A stretch of 64,000 bases of DNA from a bacterium (GTDB lineage: Bacteria; Calditrichota; Calditrichia; RBG-13-44-9; J042). The position numbers and the translations under genes were made by a program. How positions within the stretch are numbered: position 1 is the stretch's first letter; each line of letters opens with the position of its first letter. Shown piece by piece: positions 29,804-39,771 of the stretch. The stretch lies in the NCBI GenBank assembly GCA_015485355.1, contig WFTQ01000089.1, positions 54,264 to 118,263 on the forward strand, read 5' to 3'. The notes beneath the pieces were generated by a model that saw only the letters and a list, made by a program, of their open reading frames with translations, had not been told where the DNA came from and made no database searches.

Positions 29804-29840
29804 AACATCCCCGATCCGCCCCTGGGGGAACGGGGATGTT
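29804..29840 (-). terminator. Perfect 10-bp stem-loop (AACATCCCCG / CGGGGATGTT, 17-nt loop) immediately 3' of ferritin
   Basis: Seen directly in the sequence 17-53 nt downstream of the ferritin stop on the minus strand. No clean U-tract, so terminator function is an inference. Confidence 0.35.
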
Positions 29841-29856
29841 TGGGGCCTCGTTGGTA

Positions 29857-30348
29857 TTATTCTTTGCGTTCGCCCAGCTCTTTGTCCAGCCAGTAAAGAC
29901 TTTTGCCATCTTCCCCGATCAGGTCCAGCTTTTCCAGGATGGTGCGGAACAGATTTTCTTCTTCGATCTGTTCCGCAACAAACCATTGTAGGAAGTTGAA
30001 AGCAGCATGGTCTTTCTCGGCCAGGCAAAGCTCTACAATTCCGTGAATGGTGCGGGTGACGTTCTGCTCGTGCTGCAGGCTCTGTTCGAAAATACTGCGG
30101 AAGGAAGGAAAATCCATCGGCGGCTGATCCACGGTGGGGGTTTCGGGACGAACACCGGTTTCCAGCAGAAATTTGAAAATTCGCATCATGTGTTCGCGTT
30201 CTTCATCGGATTGCAAATAAAAAAAGTGAGCCGTTCCCGAAAATCCTTTATCGGCACACCAGGCCGCCGCCGAAAGATAGAACTGAGAGGCATCCGCCTC
30301 CATTTTTATCTGTTTGTTCAATGCATCGATGACCTTGGGTTTTAACAT
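29857..30348 (-). CDS. ftn: Non-haem ferritin (Ftn)
   Basis: Ferroxidase-centre residues in KQIKMEADASQFY...SDEEREHMMRIFKFL. 163 aa. Confidence 0.8.
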   Translation of the reverse strand: MLKPKVIDALNKQIKMEADASQFYLSAAAWCADKGFSGTAHFFYLQSDEEREHMMRIFKFLLETGVRPETPTVDQPPMDFPSFRSIFEQSLQHEQNVTRTIHGIVELCLAEKDHAAFNFLQWFVAEQIEEENLFRTILEKLDLIGEDGKSLYWLDKELGERKE

Positions 30349-30618
30349 GACCGGGCTCCTTATTTTTATGAACTGTGGTCTTAACCTGCTTGCAAAATAT
30401 GAAGGAATCCTTTTAGGCGCAAAGGGTTTTCCAAAAGGTGCGGGAGCAGGGGCGTGCCGGGTCTTGTGATCAATGGTCCAGGGGGAGGCGATCGGGGCCC
30501 CGCAATGGGTTTCGCTGCCGAACCGGATTACCGCGCCCTTTTCTCTGTTCCGTGAAATTCTTTTTAATCGCTTTAACAGGCTTTTTTCTCTAAATTGGGC
30601 CGCAAATTAACAACGGGA

Positions 30619-30906
30619 ATGCGGATCATGTTGACCGGTAAGGACAAACGAGCCCTGCGGGCTCTGGGCAACCGATTAAAGGCCGAAATCTGGATCGGTA
30701 AGGACGGCATCTCCGAGGGTACGATTCAGGCTCTAAAAAATTCGTTTAACACGAAAGAACTGGTTAAAATCAAGCTTCAGGAGAACTGCCCATTAAGCCG
30801 ACAGGAAGTGGCCGGCATTTTATGCCGGCGAACCGGGGCCGAATTGGTCCAGATATTGGGCAACACCCTTTTATTGTATCATCCCTTTCCGGAGGAAGAT
30901 TCATGA
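30619..30906 (+). CDS. yhbY: YhbY/CRS1 (CRM-domain) RNA-binding protein
   Basis: LTGKDKRALRALGNRLKAEIWIGKDGISEGTIQALKNSFNTKELVKIKL aligns with E. coli YhbY (LSTKQKQHLKGLAHPLKPVVLLGSNGLTEGVLAEIEQALEHHELIKVKI). Start uncertain among Met at 30595, 30619 and 30628. Confidence 0.7.
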   Translation: MRIMLTGKDKRALRALGNRLKAEIWIGKDGISEGTIQALKNSFNTKELVKIKLQENCPLSRQEVAGILCRRTGAELVQILGNTLLLYHPFPEEDS

Positions 30907-31796
30907 AGACCCGGCAGGGGCATTATGTTCCCCTGCTCTTTCTGATGACCACCCTGTTCGGCGTTTCTTTTGTGGCCACCAAAGTCGCGCTGGAAGGGTT
31001 GGGAGTTTTTCAGGTTGTATTGGGCCGCTACCTGACGGCGTTTTCCGTGATTCTGTTTCTCTTCTGGAAGAAGAGGGGCTACTTTTCTGTTCCCAGGAAG
31101 GATTGGAAACATTTTCTATTTCTGACTTTTATCGAGCCCATCGGTTACTTCATATTCGAGACGTTTGGGGTGCGATGGACTTCCCCATCCAATGTGGCTT
31201 TAATTATTGCTACAATACCGGGATTCGCAGTGATCTTTGCCGCCCTGCTGTTGAAGGAACATCCCACCCGGCTGAGCCTGCTTGGTATTTGGGTTTCGTT
31301 CCTGGGAGTCTATACCATTGTACAGGGACAGGAAACCAGTGCATTTGCTCCTCGCCCCCTGATGGGGGCTGGAGTAACCCTGGGAGCGGCGATCTGCGCC
31401 GGTCTGTACAACTCCCTTGCCAGAAAACTGTCCATGCGCTATCATCCCATTACCTTGACGTTTTATCAAAGCCTGGTGGCCGCCCTGTTTTTTCTCCCTC
31501 CGGCAATGCTGGAGACTGTTTGGGGTCAACCGATGCAATGGAATTCTCGAGTCGTGTTTAGCCTGCTGTATTTGTCCCTGGGGGGCTCGGTGGTGGCCTA
31601 TTTCCTGTTAAACTTTAGCCTTTCGCGTCTGGGCGCTGCCCGGGTAGCGATCTTTTCCAATGTCATACCGGTGGTAACCATGGTGGCTTCCTACCTGGTT
31701 TATGGGGACCTGTGGTCTCAAACACAGTTTGCCGGAGCCGTTCTGATTTTAGGGGGACTCTTCCTCGCTTACCGCTGGGGATCTCCCACCGGATGA
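30903..31796 (+). CDS. EamA/DMT-superfamily transporter
   Basis: Ten TM helices with two EamA-like halves. Its start ATG overlaps the yhbY stop (ATGA). Confidence 0.7.
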   Translation: MKTRQGHYVPLLFLMTTLFGVSFVATKVALEGLGVFQVVLGRYLTAFSVILFLFWKKRGYFSVPRKDWKHFLFLTFIEPIGYFIFETFGVRWTSPSNVALIIATIPGFAVIFAALLLKEHPTRLSLLGIWVSFLGVYTIVQGQETSAFAPRPLMGAGVTLGAAICAGLYNSLARKLSMRYHPITLTFYQSLVAALFFLPPAMLETVWGQPMQWNSRVVFSLLYLSLGGSVVAYFLLNFSLSRLGAARVAIFSNVIPVVTMVASYLVYGDLWSQTQFAGAVLILGGLFLAYRWGSPTG

Positions 31797-31888
31797 GGGG
31801 CAACGATTCCGAAAGGTAAATGTGTTCCAGGTTGCATTGATGGCAGATTTTATTATTTTGAGTATCACGGTAATGGTGAGGGATAACG

Positions 31889-33217
31889 ATGGTTACCCTT
31901 CGAGATGCAGCGCTGGACATAGTTTATCAAGCCGTGGAAGCGGTAAAACCGGCATCGTTGATACGTACCCGGATCAAACGGCGGGGAAATCGTTTGACGA
32001 TAAACGGTTGTTTGGTGGATCTTTCCCGTTACAGGCGCCTCTGGGTGGTTGGTTTCGGGAAGGCCTCTGCGTACATGGCGCAGGCCATGGAGGAGGTTTT
32101 GGGAGAGCGAATCGATGATGGGCTGGTGATTGTGAAGTATGGTCATGGGGCCGACTGTCGTCGGGTTCGCATTCGCGAAGCCGGTCATCCGGTGCCGGAC
32201 CGGAACGGCTTGCTGGCCACTGAGGCATTGTTGCGCCTGGTTCGTTCCGCCGGTGCCGGCGATCTGGTTTTTTGTTTAATTTCCGGCGGGGGGTCGGCCC
32301 TGCTGGAGTCGCCTCCGGAGGGGATTTTCCTGAAGGAATTACAACAAACTTTTCGGTTGTTGCTGGATAGCGGGGCCACTATCGAAGAGATCAACGCGGT
32401 AAGAAAGCACTTGTCTCGGGTTAAAGGGGGACAACTGGCGCGGGACATTTTCCCCGCCACCTGTATTAGTCTAATCCTTTCGGATGTCATTGGCGATCCT
32501 CTGGAGTCCATTGCCTCGGGACCCACCGCGCCGGATACCACCACGTTTGCCCAGGCGTGGTCGGTGATACAAAAATACCGGTTGGCGCAGCGGTTACCCG
32601 ATGGTGTTCGGGAATATTTACAACGGGGGATACGGGGGCTGGCGCCCGAGACAGTCCGCCCCGATGATCCCGTCTGGGAACGGGTGAGCAATCATATAGT
32701 GGGGAACAATGGTTTCGCTCTGGACAAAGCCGCCCGCGTGGCGCGGCGACTGGGCTTTCGGCCGCTGCTCCTCAGCAGCCGTTTACAGGGAGAAGCCCGG
32801 GAAGTGGCCCGGGTATTGGCGGCCATCCTGCAGGAAATTCAACTCCGTGGCCGCCCCGTGGCTCCGCCCGCGTGTTTGCTGGCTGGGGGGGAAACCACCG
32901 TTCAGGTAAAGGGCACGGGTAAAGGGGGGCGAAATCAGGAACTGGCGCTGGCCTTGTTGCTGGCCATGGGGCCTCGGGCCCGTCCCTACGCATTTGTGAG
33001 CTGTGGTACCGATGGAACCGACGGTCCGACCGATGCGGCCGGTGGACTGGTGGAACCCTGCTGCTGGAAGCAGATTCAGATCAAGGACCTCGATCCCCAG
33101 GCCTTTCTTCAGAACAATGATGCATACCACCTTCTGGAACAAATTGGGGCGTTGGTTAAAACCGGTCCCACGGGGACAAATGTGATGGATCTTATGGTGG
33201 GGTTGGTTCCCGGATGA
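31889..33217 (+). CDS. Glycerate kinase, MOFRL family (glycerate 2-kinase / hydroxypyruvate-reductase-associated, TtuD-like)
   Basis: N-terminal DUF4147-like region and C-terminal MOFRL region. Conserved LISGGGSALLE and GGETTVQVKGTGKGGRNQELAL. Confidence 0.7.
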   Translation: MVTLRDAALDIVYQAVEAVKPASLIRTRIKRRGNRLTINGCLVDLSRYRRLWVVGFGKASAYMAQAMEEVLGERIDDGLVIVKYGHGADCRRVRIREAGHPVPDRNGLLATEALLRLVRSAGAGDLVFCLISGGGSALLESPPEGIFLKELQQTFRLLLDSGATIEEINAVRKHLSRVKGGQLARDIFPATCISLILSDVIGDPLESIASGPTAPDTTTFAQAWSVIQKYRLAQRLPDGVREYLQRGIRGLAPETVRPDDPVWERVSNHIVGNNGFALDKAARVARRLGFRPLLLSSRLQGEAREVARVLAAILQEIQLRGRPVAPPACLLAGGETTVQVKGTGKGGRNQELALALLLAMGPRARPYAFVSCGTDGTDGPTDAAGGLVEPCCWKQIQIKDLDPQAFLQNNDAYHLLEQIGALVKTGPTGTNVMDLMVGLVPG

Positions 33218-33888
33218 ATACGGATAACCGAACGAAACGGAAAAATCGGATCAAGGATGAGCTGCCGCATCTCTTCCCGCAGGTGACGCCGGAGCAATGG
33301 CTGGCGCTGGAGCGGTATCTGGAGTTGTTGCGGGAATGGAATCTGCGGGTGAATTTAGTCTCCCGCCGGGATATTCCTCATCTGTGGGAGCGCCACATAT
33401 TACCCTCCCTGATTCCCCTGGTCTGTGTCGGCATGCTCCCGGAAAGCGAGTGTTTGGATATCGGCAGCGGAGGGGGATTCCCGGCCCTGCCTTTGAAAAT
33501 GGCGCGCCCGGATTTGCAATATGTGCTGGTGGAATCGGTTCGGAAGAAGAGTCTGTTTCTGCGGAAAGTCGTTCGGGAGTTACGGCTGGAAGGAATTGTT
33601 GTGGTGAACGAACGGGTGGAGCGATGGGCTCTCCAGGAGGAGCTCCAGGGGCGGTTCGACTGGATTACCGCCCGGGCGGTGGCACCGGTAGCCACCTTGG
33701 TGGAATGGGGCTTGCCGCTGCTGAAATCGGAAGGACGGTTTTTACTGTGGAAAGGGGAGCAAGACCGGTCAGAGTTGCAGGAAGCGGCAAACCGTTGGGG
33801 ATTGCGTTATGCCGTCATCCATCCGGAACGGCGCCTTCCGCAGCGGAAGGAACTCCGGGGCTTGCGATTGTTTGTTCTGCAGCGGTGA
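33214..33888 (+). CDS. rsmG: 16S rRNA (guanine527-N7)-methyltransferase
   Basis: LREWNLRVNLVS...; SAM site LDIGSGGGFPALPL; VESVRKK. These are GidB/RsmG family hallmarks. Confidence 0.8.
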   Translation: MNTDNRTKRKNRIKDELPHLFPQVTPEQWLALERYLELLREWNLRVNLVSRRDIPHLWERHILPSLIPLVCVGMLPESECLDIGSGGGFPALPLKMARPDLQYVLVESVRKKSLFLRKVVRELRLEGIVVVNERVERWALQEELQGRFDWITARAVAPVATLVEWGLPLLKSEGRFLLWKGEQDRSELQEAANRWGLRYAVIHPERRLPQRKELRGLRLFVLQR

Positions 33889-34036
33889 GGCAATCCGTGC
33901 CCCGGGACGGAGCGGGTATGAGAAGCGATCGGCCTTTGCAAACGACCCGGGGTTTTCCCGGGTGCCGACGGGTCATTTGAGCGACCATCCGTTAATTCAT
34001 TGGATTAGGAGGATAGCTATAAAAACAAGGGGAGAG

Positions 34037-36814
34037 ATGCTTATGGTGATCAGGATGTTTCTGAAAGCCGTTGTCTGGTTGATGGCATGGAGCAGTTTTG
34101 CGGTGGGAGGACTGAATGCCCAGGCGGTTTCTGCCTTGCCCACACCGGAGCAAGTTCTGGGAGTGGAAGTGGGGAGTCGACCCCTGCGCTATGCCGAAGT
34201 CTTCCAGTACTTTCGGGCGCTGGCGGATGCTTCTCCTTCGGTGAAACTGTTTTTTACCGGTTCGACTCACGAGGGGAGGCGATTGTTTGTGGTGGCCATT
34301 GCGACGCCGGAGCGGTTAAAGCAATTGGAAGACATTCGCATGCGTCTGGCAAAATTGTGGGATCCTCGTCAACTCTCTTCCGGGGAGGCTTATCGAGATA
34401 TTATCGAGCATACCCCCGCCGTTGCCTGGATGATGTACGGAATCCATGGGGATGAACTTTCCAGTACGGATGCGGCCGTGCGCCTGGCCTATTTTCTTGC
34501 CAGCGGAAAGGACCAAACGGCCCGGCGGATCCTCCAGGAACTGGTGGTGTTTATCGACCCCATAGAAAATCCTGACGGTCGGGAACGTTACTTGTCCCAG
34601 ATTCAGCAATGGAGTGGTAAGGTGCCCAGCGGCGACATGGACAGCATGCCCCATCGGGGAATGTGGACTCGTGGACGGGGGAATCATTATCTTTTCGATC
34701 TCAATCGGGATTGGTTCGCCCTCATCCATCCGGAAACTCGGGCCCGGGTCCGGGCCATATTGACCTGGCATCCTCAGCTGGTGGTGGATGCCCACGAAAT
34801 GGGCGCTTATTCCAGTTACTTTTTTCCCCCGCCCAGGGAACCCATTCACCCCGATGTGCATCCCATCACTCGCAAATGGTGGCAACGGCTGGCCAAAGAC
34901 CAGGCCAAAGCGTTCGATGAACGGGGATGGAGTTACCAGACCGAAGAACTGTTTGATGAATGGTACCCCGGTTATGGGAGTTCCTGGCCCTATTTCAGCG
35001 GAGCGGTAGCCGTTTTATACGAACAAGCCCGAACGGACGGCTCATTTGTCAAGCGTCCCGATGGTACCCGGTTGACCTTCAGGGAGGCCGTGGACCATCA
35101 CTTTGTCAGTTCGGTGGCCAATCTGGCCACCGCCGCGGCCCATCGAAAGGAGTTGCTGCTCGATTTTTATCGGATGCGCCAGGTCGCTCTCAAGGGTGCT
35201 CTCCTGGGAGAGGATCGAGTGTACTTTATTCCCCCCGGGCCGCATCCGGAGCGGGTACAACGATTGATCAACACCCTGATCCTCCAAAAGGTTGAAGTGG
35301 AACGGGCCGTAGAGACGTTCCGTGTTCGGAACATCCATGACTATCAGGGAAATCGCTGGGTGCAGAAGCAACTGCCTGCAGGCACATTCATCATTCGCCT
35401 GCATCAACCCCAGGGCATTCTGGCCAGGGCGTTGTTGCGCTTTGATGTGCCCTTCCCGGTCAATTTTCTGAAAGAAGAGCGTGAGGCAATCCTGCGAGAA
35501 GGTAGAAGCCGCATTTACGACATTAATGCCTGGTCGTTACCGTTGTTGTTTGGGGTGGAGGCATATGCCTCCGGGAAAGTGCCCCGGGTGGCGACCGAAC
35601 CGTTAAAGGCGCCATTAGAACCCCGATCGGTACCTTTTCGGCAAGGATCGTATGGATATGTTCTGGATGCCCGTTCGGACCGCGCGATGATTGCCCTGGC
35701 CCGCATGCTGGAAAAAGGGTTTGTGGCTCGGGCTACCACCCGTCCCTTTCAGATGGGAGAGATCCATTTTCCCTGGGGAGGCGTGGTGTTCCGCCGCCCG
35801 GAAAATCCGGATAGTCTGGATCAGGTGGTAGAAAGGGTGAGTCGGCGGACCGGAGCATCTTTTTATCCTGCCCATTCTTCTCACACCCCCCAGGGGCCGG
35901 ACCTGGGGGGCGAGCAGTTTAAACTGCTGACCCCTCCCCGGGTAGCGGTGCTGACAGGTCCCGGTGTTTCTCTGACGGCGTTTGGAAGTATCTGGTTCTT
36001 GCTCGATCAGGAGCTGGAAATTCCCCATGCACTGATCAATCATGTTCGATTTCCCGAGACCGATTTGCGGAAATACAATGTGTTCCTTTTACCACCGGCG
36101 GACGGTTCCCACCGAACCTATAGCCGCCTGTTGGACGAAAACCAGCGGAACCGGTTGAAAGCCTGGGTGGAACAGGGAGGCACTTTGATTGCCATGGGTA
36201 ACGCCGCCGCCTTTTTAGCGGATAGCGCTGTTGGAATCAGTAAAGTGGAATTGCGGCATCAAGCCTTGAAGAAGCTGGAAGTGTATCGGAAGGTCTGGGA
36301 ACAGGAAAAACGCCTGTGGGCATTTCGTATCGACAGCCTGACCTTCTGGAAGGGGCGCGCCTCGGTTTCGGTGCCCGAAGAGGTGAAAGAACCTTCTCCG
36401 GCTCAACGGAAGGTGCAGGAGGAGCTGGATGCCCGCTGGCGAAAATTCCATCCTCGGGGTACTTTCCTGCGGGTGGAGCTGGATCCCCGGCACTGGTTAA
36501 GTTTTGGAGTGGGAAACCTGGTTCCGGTGCTGTTCAGGGACCGTTATGCCTATCTATCCATGAACCCGGTGCAAACGGTGGGGCGTTTCGGGGAGGAGAC
36601 ACGATTGCGTTTGTCGGGTCTGTTGTGGCCGGAGGCTCGTGCGCGCTGGGCGGAAACCGCCTATCTCACCCGGGAGGCTCTGGGTAAAGGGCAGATCATT
36701 CTGTTTGCCGATGAGCCTTTTTTCCGGGCCTATTTACGGGGAGCAGGGCGTCTGTTGATCAATGCCGTCGTGCTGGGTCCCGGCATGGGTGCCGAAAGTC
36801 CGGCCCCTTATTAA
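34037..36814 (+). CDS. Secreted M14-family zinc carboxypeptidase with a large C-terminal extension
   Basis: Signal peptide MLMVIRMFLKAVVWLMAWSSFAVGGLNA. M14 HxxE zinc site GIHGDELSS. Second ligand region VVDAHEMG. About 500 extra C-terminal residues. Start taken at an internal Met; the ORF track starts at 33809 inside rsmG. Confidence 0.7.
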   Translation: MLMVIRMFLKAVVWLMAWSSFAVGGLNAQAVSALPTPEQVLGVEVGSRPLRYAEVFQYFRALADASPSVKLFFTGSTHEGRRLFVVAIATPERLKQLEDIRMRLAKLWDPRQLSSGEAYRDIIEHTPAVAWMMYGIHGDELSSTDAAVRLAYFLASGKDQTARRILQELVVFIDPIENPDGRERYLSQIQQWSGKVPSGDMDSMPHRGMWTRGRGNHYLFDLNRDWFALIHPETRARVRAILTWHPQLVVDAHEMGAYSSYFFPPPREPIHPDVHPITRKWWQRLAKDQAKAFDERGWSYQTEELFDEWYPGYGSSWPYFSGAVAVLYEQARTDGSFVKRPDGTRLTFREAVDHHFVSSVANLATAAAHRKELLLDFYRMRQVALKGALLGEDRVYFIPPGPHPERVQRLINTLILQKVEVERAVETFRVRNIHDYQGNRWVQKQLPAGTFIIRLHQPQGILARALLRFDVPFPVNFLKEEREAILREGRSRIYDINAWSLPLLFGVEAYASGKVPRVATEPLKAPLEPRSVPFRQGSYGYVLDARSDRAMIALARMLEKGFVARATTRPFQMGEIHFPWGGVVFRRPENPDSLDQVVERVSRRTGASFYPAHSSHTPQGPDLGGEQFKLLTPPRVAVLTGPGVSLTAFGSIWFLLDQELEIPHALINHVRFPETDLRKYNVFLLPPADGSHRTYSRLLDENQRNRLKAWVEQGGTLIAMGNAAAFLADSAVGISKVELRHQALKKLEVYRKVWEQEKRLWAFRIDSLTFWKGRASVSVPEEVKEPSPAQRKVQEELDARWRKFHPRGTFLRVELDPRHWLSFGVGNLVPVLFRDRYAYLSMNPVQTVGRFGEETRLRLSGLLWPEARARWAETAYLTREALGKGQIILFADEPFFRAYLRGAGRLLINAVVLGPGMGAESPAPY

Positions 36815-37045
36815 ACCACCGAACGGGCGGGGATGAACGTCGCAGTGGTTTTACGCTTCTGCGACGATGGAACCGGTGGCCGGAAAGACAATGCCTGCCG
36901 GTCTAAATCGGTTCTTCCGGTGAGAGGAACCGGGCGACCGTGGAAATTGCTGAATCAAAACACCGGAAAGGGACGGAGCGATCTGCTTCCGAACGTGGCG
37001 CCGCTGTCGGCATTTGTTGAAGGGAATCGTCGGAAGCGATAGGTT

Positions 37046-38881
37046 TTAAGCGTTGAAATCGGTTCGGGCTATCCGAAGGGCGCCTTTCTGGTGTTTCTGG
37101 ATCAGTTTCAACATTTCCCCGATATCCAGGATCATGATTACCCGTCCGTCTCCCAGGATGGTGGATCCGGCAATTCCCGGAGTGTTTTTCAGGTATGCCC
37201 CTAACGGCTTAATCACAATTTCCTTCTGTCCTAAAAGGTCATCCACGACCAGTCCGAACACCCGATTGGCGATGCCAACCACAACGGTGTAAAACCTTTC
37301 CGGTTGGGCATTGCCCGAAACGCTGTAAATGTTGCGGATGTGAACCAGGGGCAGGATTTTTTCCCGCAAGCGGATCACTTCTTCCCCATGGATGGTGTGC
37401 ACTTCCTCGCGGGACGTGCGGACCACTTCGATGACCGAACTCAGAGGAACGGCAAAAACCTCCTGGGCCACCTGGACCAGCAACCCTTGGATGATGGCCA
37501 GGGTGAGCGGGAGTTTCAGGATGAATGTGGTGCCCACTCCCACCTGGGATTTGACAGTGATCATCCCATTTAATTTCGTGATGTTGGTTTTCACCACATC
37601 CATTCCCACGCCCCGTCCGGAAACGTTGGTCACTTTCTGGGCGGTGCTGAAGCCGGGCATGAAAATCAGATTGTAGACTTCCGCATCGGAAAGTTCTTTG
37701 GCGTCATCGGCACTGATAATGCCCTTCTCGATGGCTTTCCGTTTAATTTTTTCCGGATCAATGCCCCGTCCGTCATCTTCCACTTCAATAATGATATGAT
37801 TGCCTTCGTGGCCTGCGGCCAGGCGGATCATGCCTTTGCGGGGTTTGCCCAGGGTTTCCCGTTCGTCCGGGCTTTCTATGCCGTGATCCACGGAATTCCG
37901 GATGAGGTGAACCAGGGGATCGCTGATCTCTTCGATCACGGATTTGTCCAGCTCGGTCTCTTCCCCTTCCAGAATCAGATCGATCTCTTTCTGAAATTCC
38001 CGGGAAAGGTCCCTCACCAGGCGGGGGAATTTGTTAAAAATGCGGCCGATCTGAACCATGCGCGTTTTCATGACGGCCGATTGCAGCTCCGAGGTAATGA
38101 AGTCGATTTGAGCCGTGGTGTCGGCCAGTTCCTGGCGACTCGCTTCCGACTTCAGATTGTTGACGATCTGGGCCAGCCGATTGCGGCCCAGAACCAGTTC
38201 GCCGACCAGATTCATCAGGTTGTCCAGCCGCTCCACGTCCACCCGAATGGTGGAATCGATGACCTTTCCCAGACGATGACCGCGGGAAAGGTAACCGTCG
38301 GCTGTTTTTGAGTGTGTTTCGGGAGATTCCTGAACCGGGGTCGATTCGGCCGGCTGAGAGGATGAGGGGGCGGAGCGCCGCTTTTTTCGCCCGCGTTTCT
38401 TTCTCTTGGGGGTGGGTTCCTCGGGGGCACTTTGCCTTTCGGATGTTGGTTCGGTCGGTTCCGGCCCCTGGAGCTTCTGACCCTCCGCGATGGCGGTCAG
38501 CCTGGACAGCAGAGCGTCCAGAGGAATATCCTGAATATTGCGGTCGATAACCTGTTGCAACAGGGTTTTCATCTGATCATAGGCTTCCAGTAAGGTGTCC
38601 ATCATCCAGGGTTGAAAGGTCAGCTGACCTTTACGCATCTTGTTTAGCACGTCTTCGAAACGATGTGCCAGCGTGCTCATCTGATCGAAGCTTAAGAACC
38701 CCGAGGTGCCCTTGATGGTGTGTACCGATCGGAAAATGCGGTTAATTAGCTCCATATCGTCCGGCTGGCTTTCCAGAAGGACCAAATCCTGGTCCAAATT
38801 TTCCAGAATCTCCTGGGTTTCGACCACAAAACTATCCACAATTTCTAACATGTCTTCACTGAACATGGGATGCGGGCTCAT
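37046..38881 (-). CDS. cheA: Chemotaxis histidine kinase CheA
   Basis: P1/Hpt phospho-His HTIKGTSG. Lys/Arg/Pro-rich linker. HATPase region with GRGVGMDVV G-box. C-terminal CheW-like P5 domain. Confidence 0.85.
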   Translation of the reverse strand: MSPHPMFSEDMLEIVDSFVVETQEILENLDQDLVLLESQPDDMELINRIFRSVHTIKGTSGFLSFDQMSTLAHRFEDVLNKMRKGQLTFQPWMMDTLLEAYDQMKTLLQQVIDRNIQDIPLDALLSRLTAIAEGQKLQGPEPTEPTSERQSAPEEPTPKRKKRGRKKRRSAPSSSQPAESTPVQESPETHSKTADGYLSRGHRLGKVIDSTIRVDVERLDNLMNLVGELVLGRNRLAQIVNNLKSEASRQELADTTAQIDFITSELQSAVMKTRMVQIGRIFNKFPRLVRDLSREFQKEIDLILEGEETELDKSVIEEISDPLVHLIRNSVDHGIESPDERETLGKPRKGMIRLAAGHEGNHIIIEVEDDGRGIDPEKIKRKAIEKGIISADDAKELSDAEVYNLIFMPGFSTAQKVTNVSGRGVGMDVVKTNITKLNGMITVKSQVGVGTTFILKLPLTLAIIQGLLVQVAQEVFAVPLSSVIEVVRTSREEVHTIHGEEVIRLREKILPLVHIRNIYSVSGNAQPERFYTVVVGIANRVFGLVVDDLLGQKEIVIKPLGAYLKNTPGIAGSTILGDGRVIMILDIGEMLKLIQKHQKGALRIARTDFNA

Positions 38882-39771
38882 GATCCGTGCTCCTTGTTTT
38901 CTCCGGAAAGGTGGTTGTTCGATGGGGTTGGCGCTGGTTTTTCGTTCCGGGCTGCGGGATCGGAAGCCGGAGGGTTGGTCTGAAAGAGCTGATCGATTTC
39001 TTCTTGTAAAAAAGAGGGATTTCCCGGTGTCGGCGGAGCGGCGAAAATGGCGTCCGCGGTTTGTTGCCGGTCGGCGTTGTTGATATAACTGGCCTGGGGA
39101 TCAAATGGGAGAGGCTGGATGGAAGAGACCTCGGTTTCGGCCGCGGGTCCCGGGGTTTGGAGTTGATTCAACAGGTGTTCGATGCGCTCGCGCACGGATT
39201 CGATCAGGTGGTTAACCGCGGCGATTTGTTGAGAGGTAATGTCCTGTACCTGAAGAGAAAACATGATATCGCTGGCACTGTCTTTCACCTGGGTGAGGTT
39301 GTTTTGCGCTCGGGTGATGGATCGGCGCAACGATTTCAGGGTGGCCTTCCTTTGTTGCTGGATGGCTTGCACGCTTTGAATCCATTTCTCGGAGGCACGC
39401 TCTTCTGCGGGCCGGGCCAGTAAGCGGTTGACCTTCCGTTCCAGACGGCTCAGTTTGGCATGGATTTCCCTGGATTGACTCAACCCCGACTGGATCTCTC
39501 CTAATTTAAACAAAACATCGTCCAGGATGTCCAGGATCTCGTTCGTCGCCAGTTCTGTAGCGCGGGTGACGTCGTTTAATTGAGAAGATGCCCGGGGCAT
39601 TTTCGAGGAACTTTCATGCAGGGATTGATTCATCTCCTGCATAAGCGGCACAATGTTCTGAACAAAGCTGAACAGCTCTTCCAGAAACGGGATCACCCGC
39701 TGGCCGAAAATGAACAACGCCTTCAGCTCGTTTATCCTCTCCAGAATGCGTTCCATCTGTTGTGGATTCAT
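38878..39771 (-). CDS. CheZ-like CheY-P phosphatase (coiled-coil protein carrying the D-x3-Q catalytic motif)
   Basis: SLQVQDITSQQIAAV (D177...Q181) mirrors the E. coli CheZ active site AQDFQDLTGQVI (D143...Q147). Long helical heptad pattern. Sits between cheA and cheY with 4-nt overlaps. Confidence 0.5.
   Translation of the reverse strand: MNPQQMERILERINELKALFIFGQRVIPFLEELFSFVQNIVPLMQEMNQSLHESSSKMPRASSQLNDVTRATELATNEILDILDDVLFKLGEIQSGLSQSREIHAKLSRLERKVNRLLARPAEERASEKWIQSVQAIQQQRKATLKSLRRSITRAQNNLTQVKDSASDIMFSLQVQDITSQQIAAVNHLIESVRERIEHLLNQLQTPGPAAETEVSSIQPLPFDPQASYINNADRQQTADAIFAAPPTPGNPSFLQEEIDQLFQTNPPASDPAARNEKPAPTPSNNHLSGENKEHGS

Noticed and set aside
29676-29999. ORF beginning MQKGVATGFIGVSTSMGVAFFIAGMGNAVSG (a possible small membrane protein)
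   Set aside because: It runs antisense through the C-terminal third of the conserved ferritin gene and has no stop until 29999. More likely a chance open frame in the long intergenic region.
33297-33980. 227-aa + strand ORF in an alternative frame across rsmG
   Set aside because: rsmG in the other frame has clear family motifs (DIGSGGGFP). The alternative frame is a GC-rich artefact.
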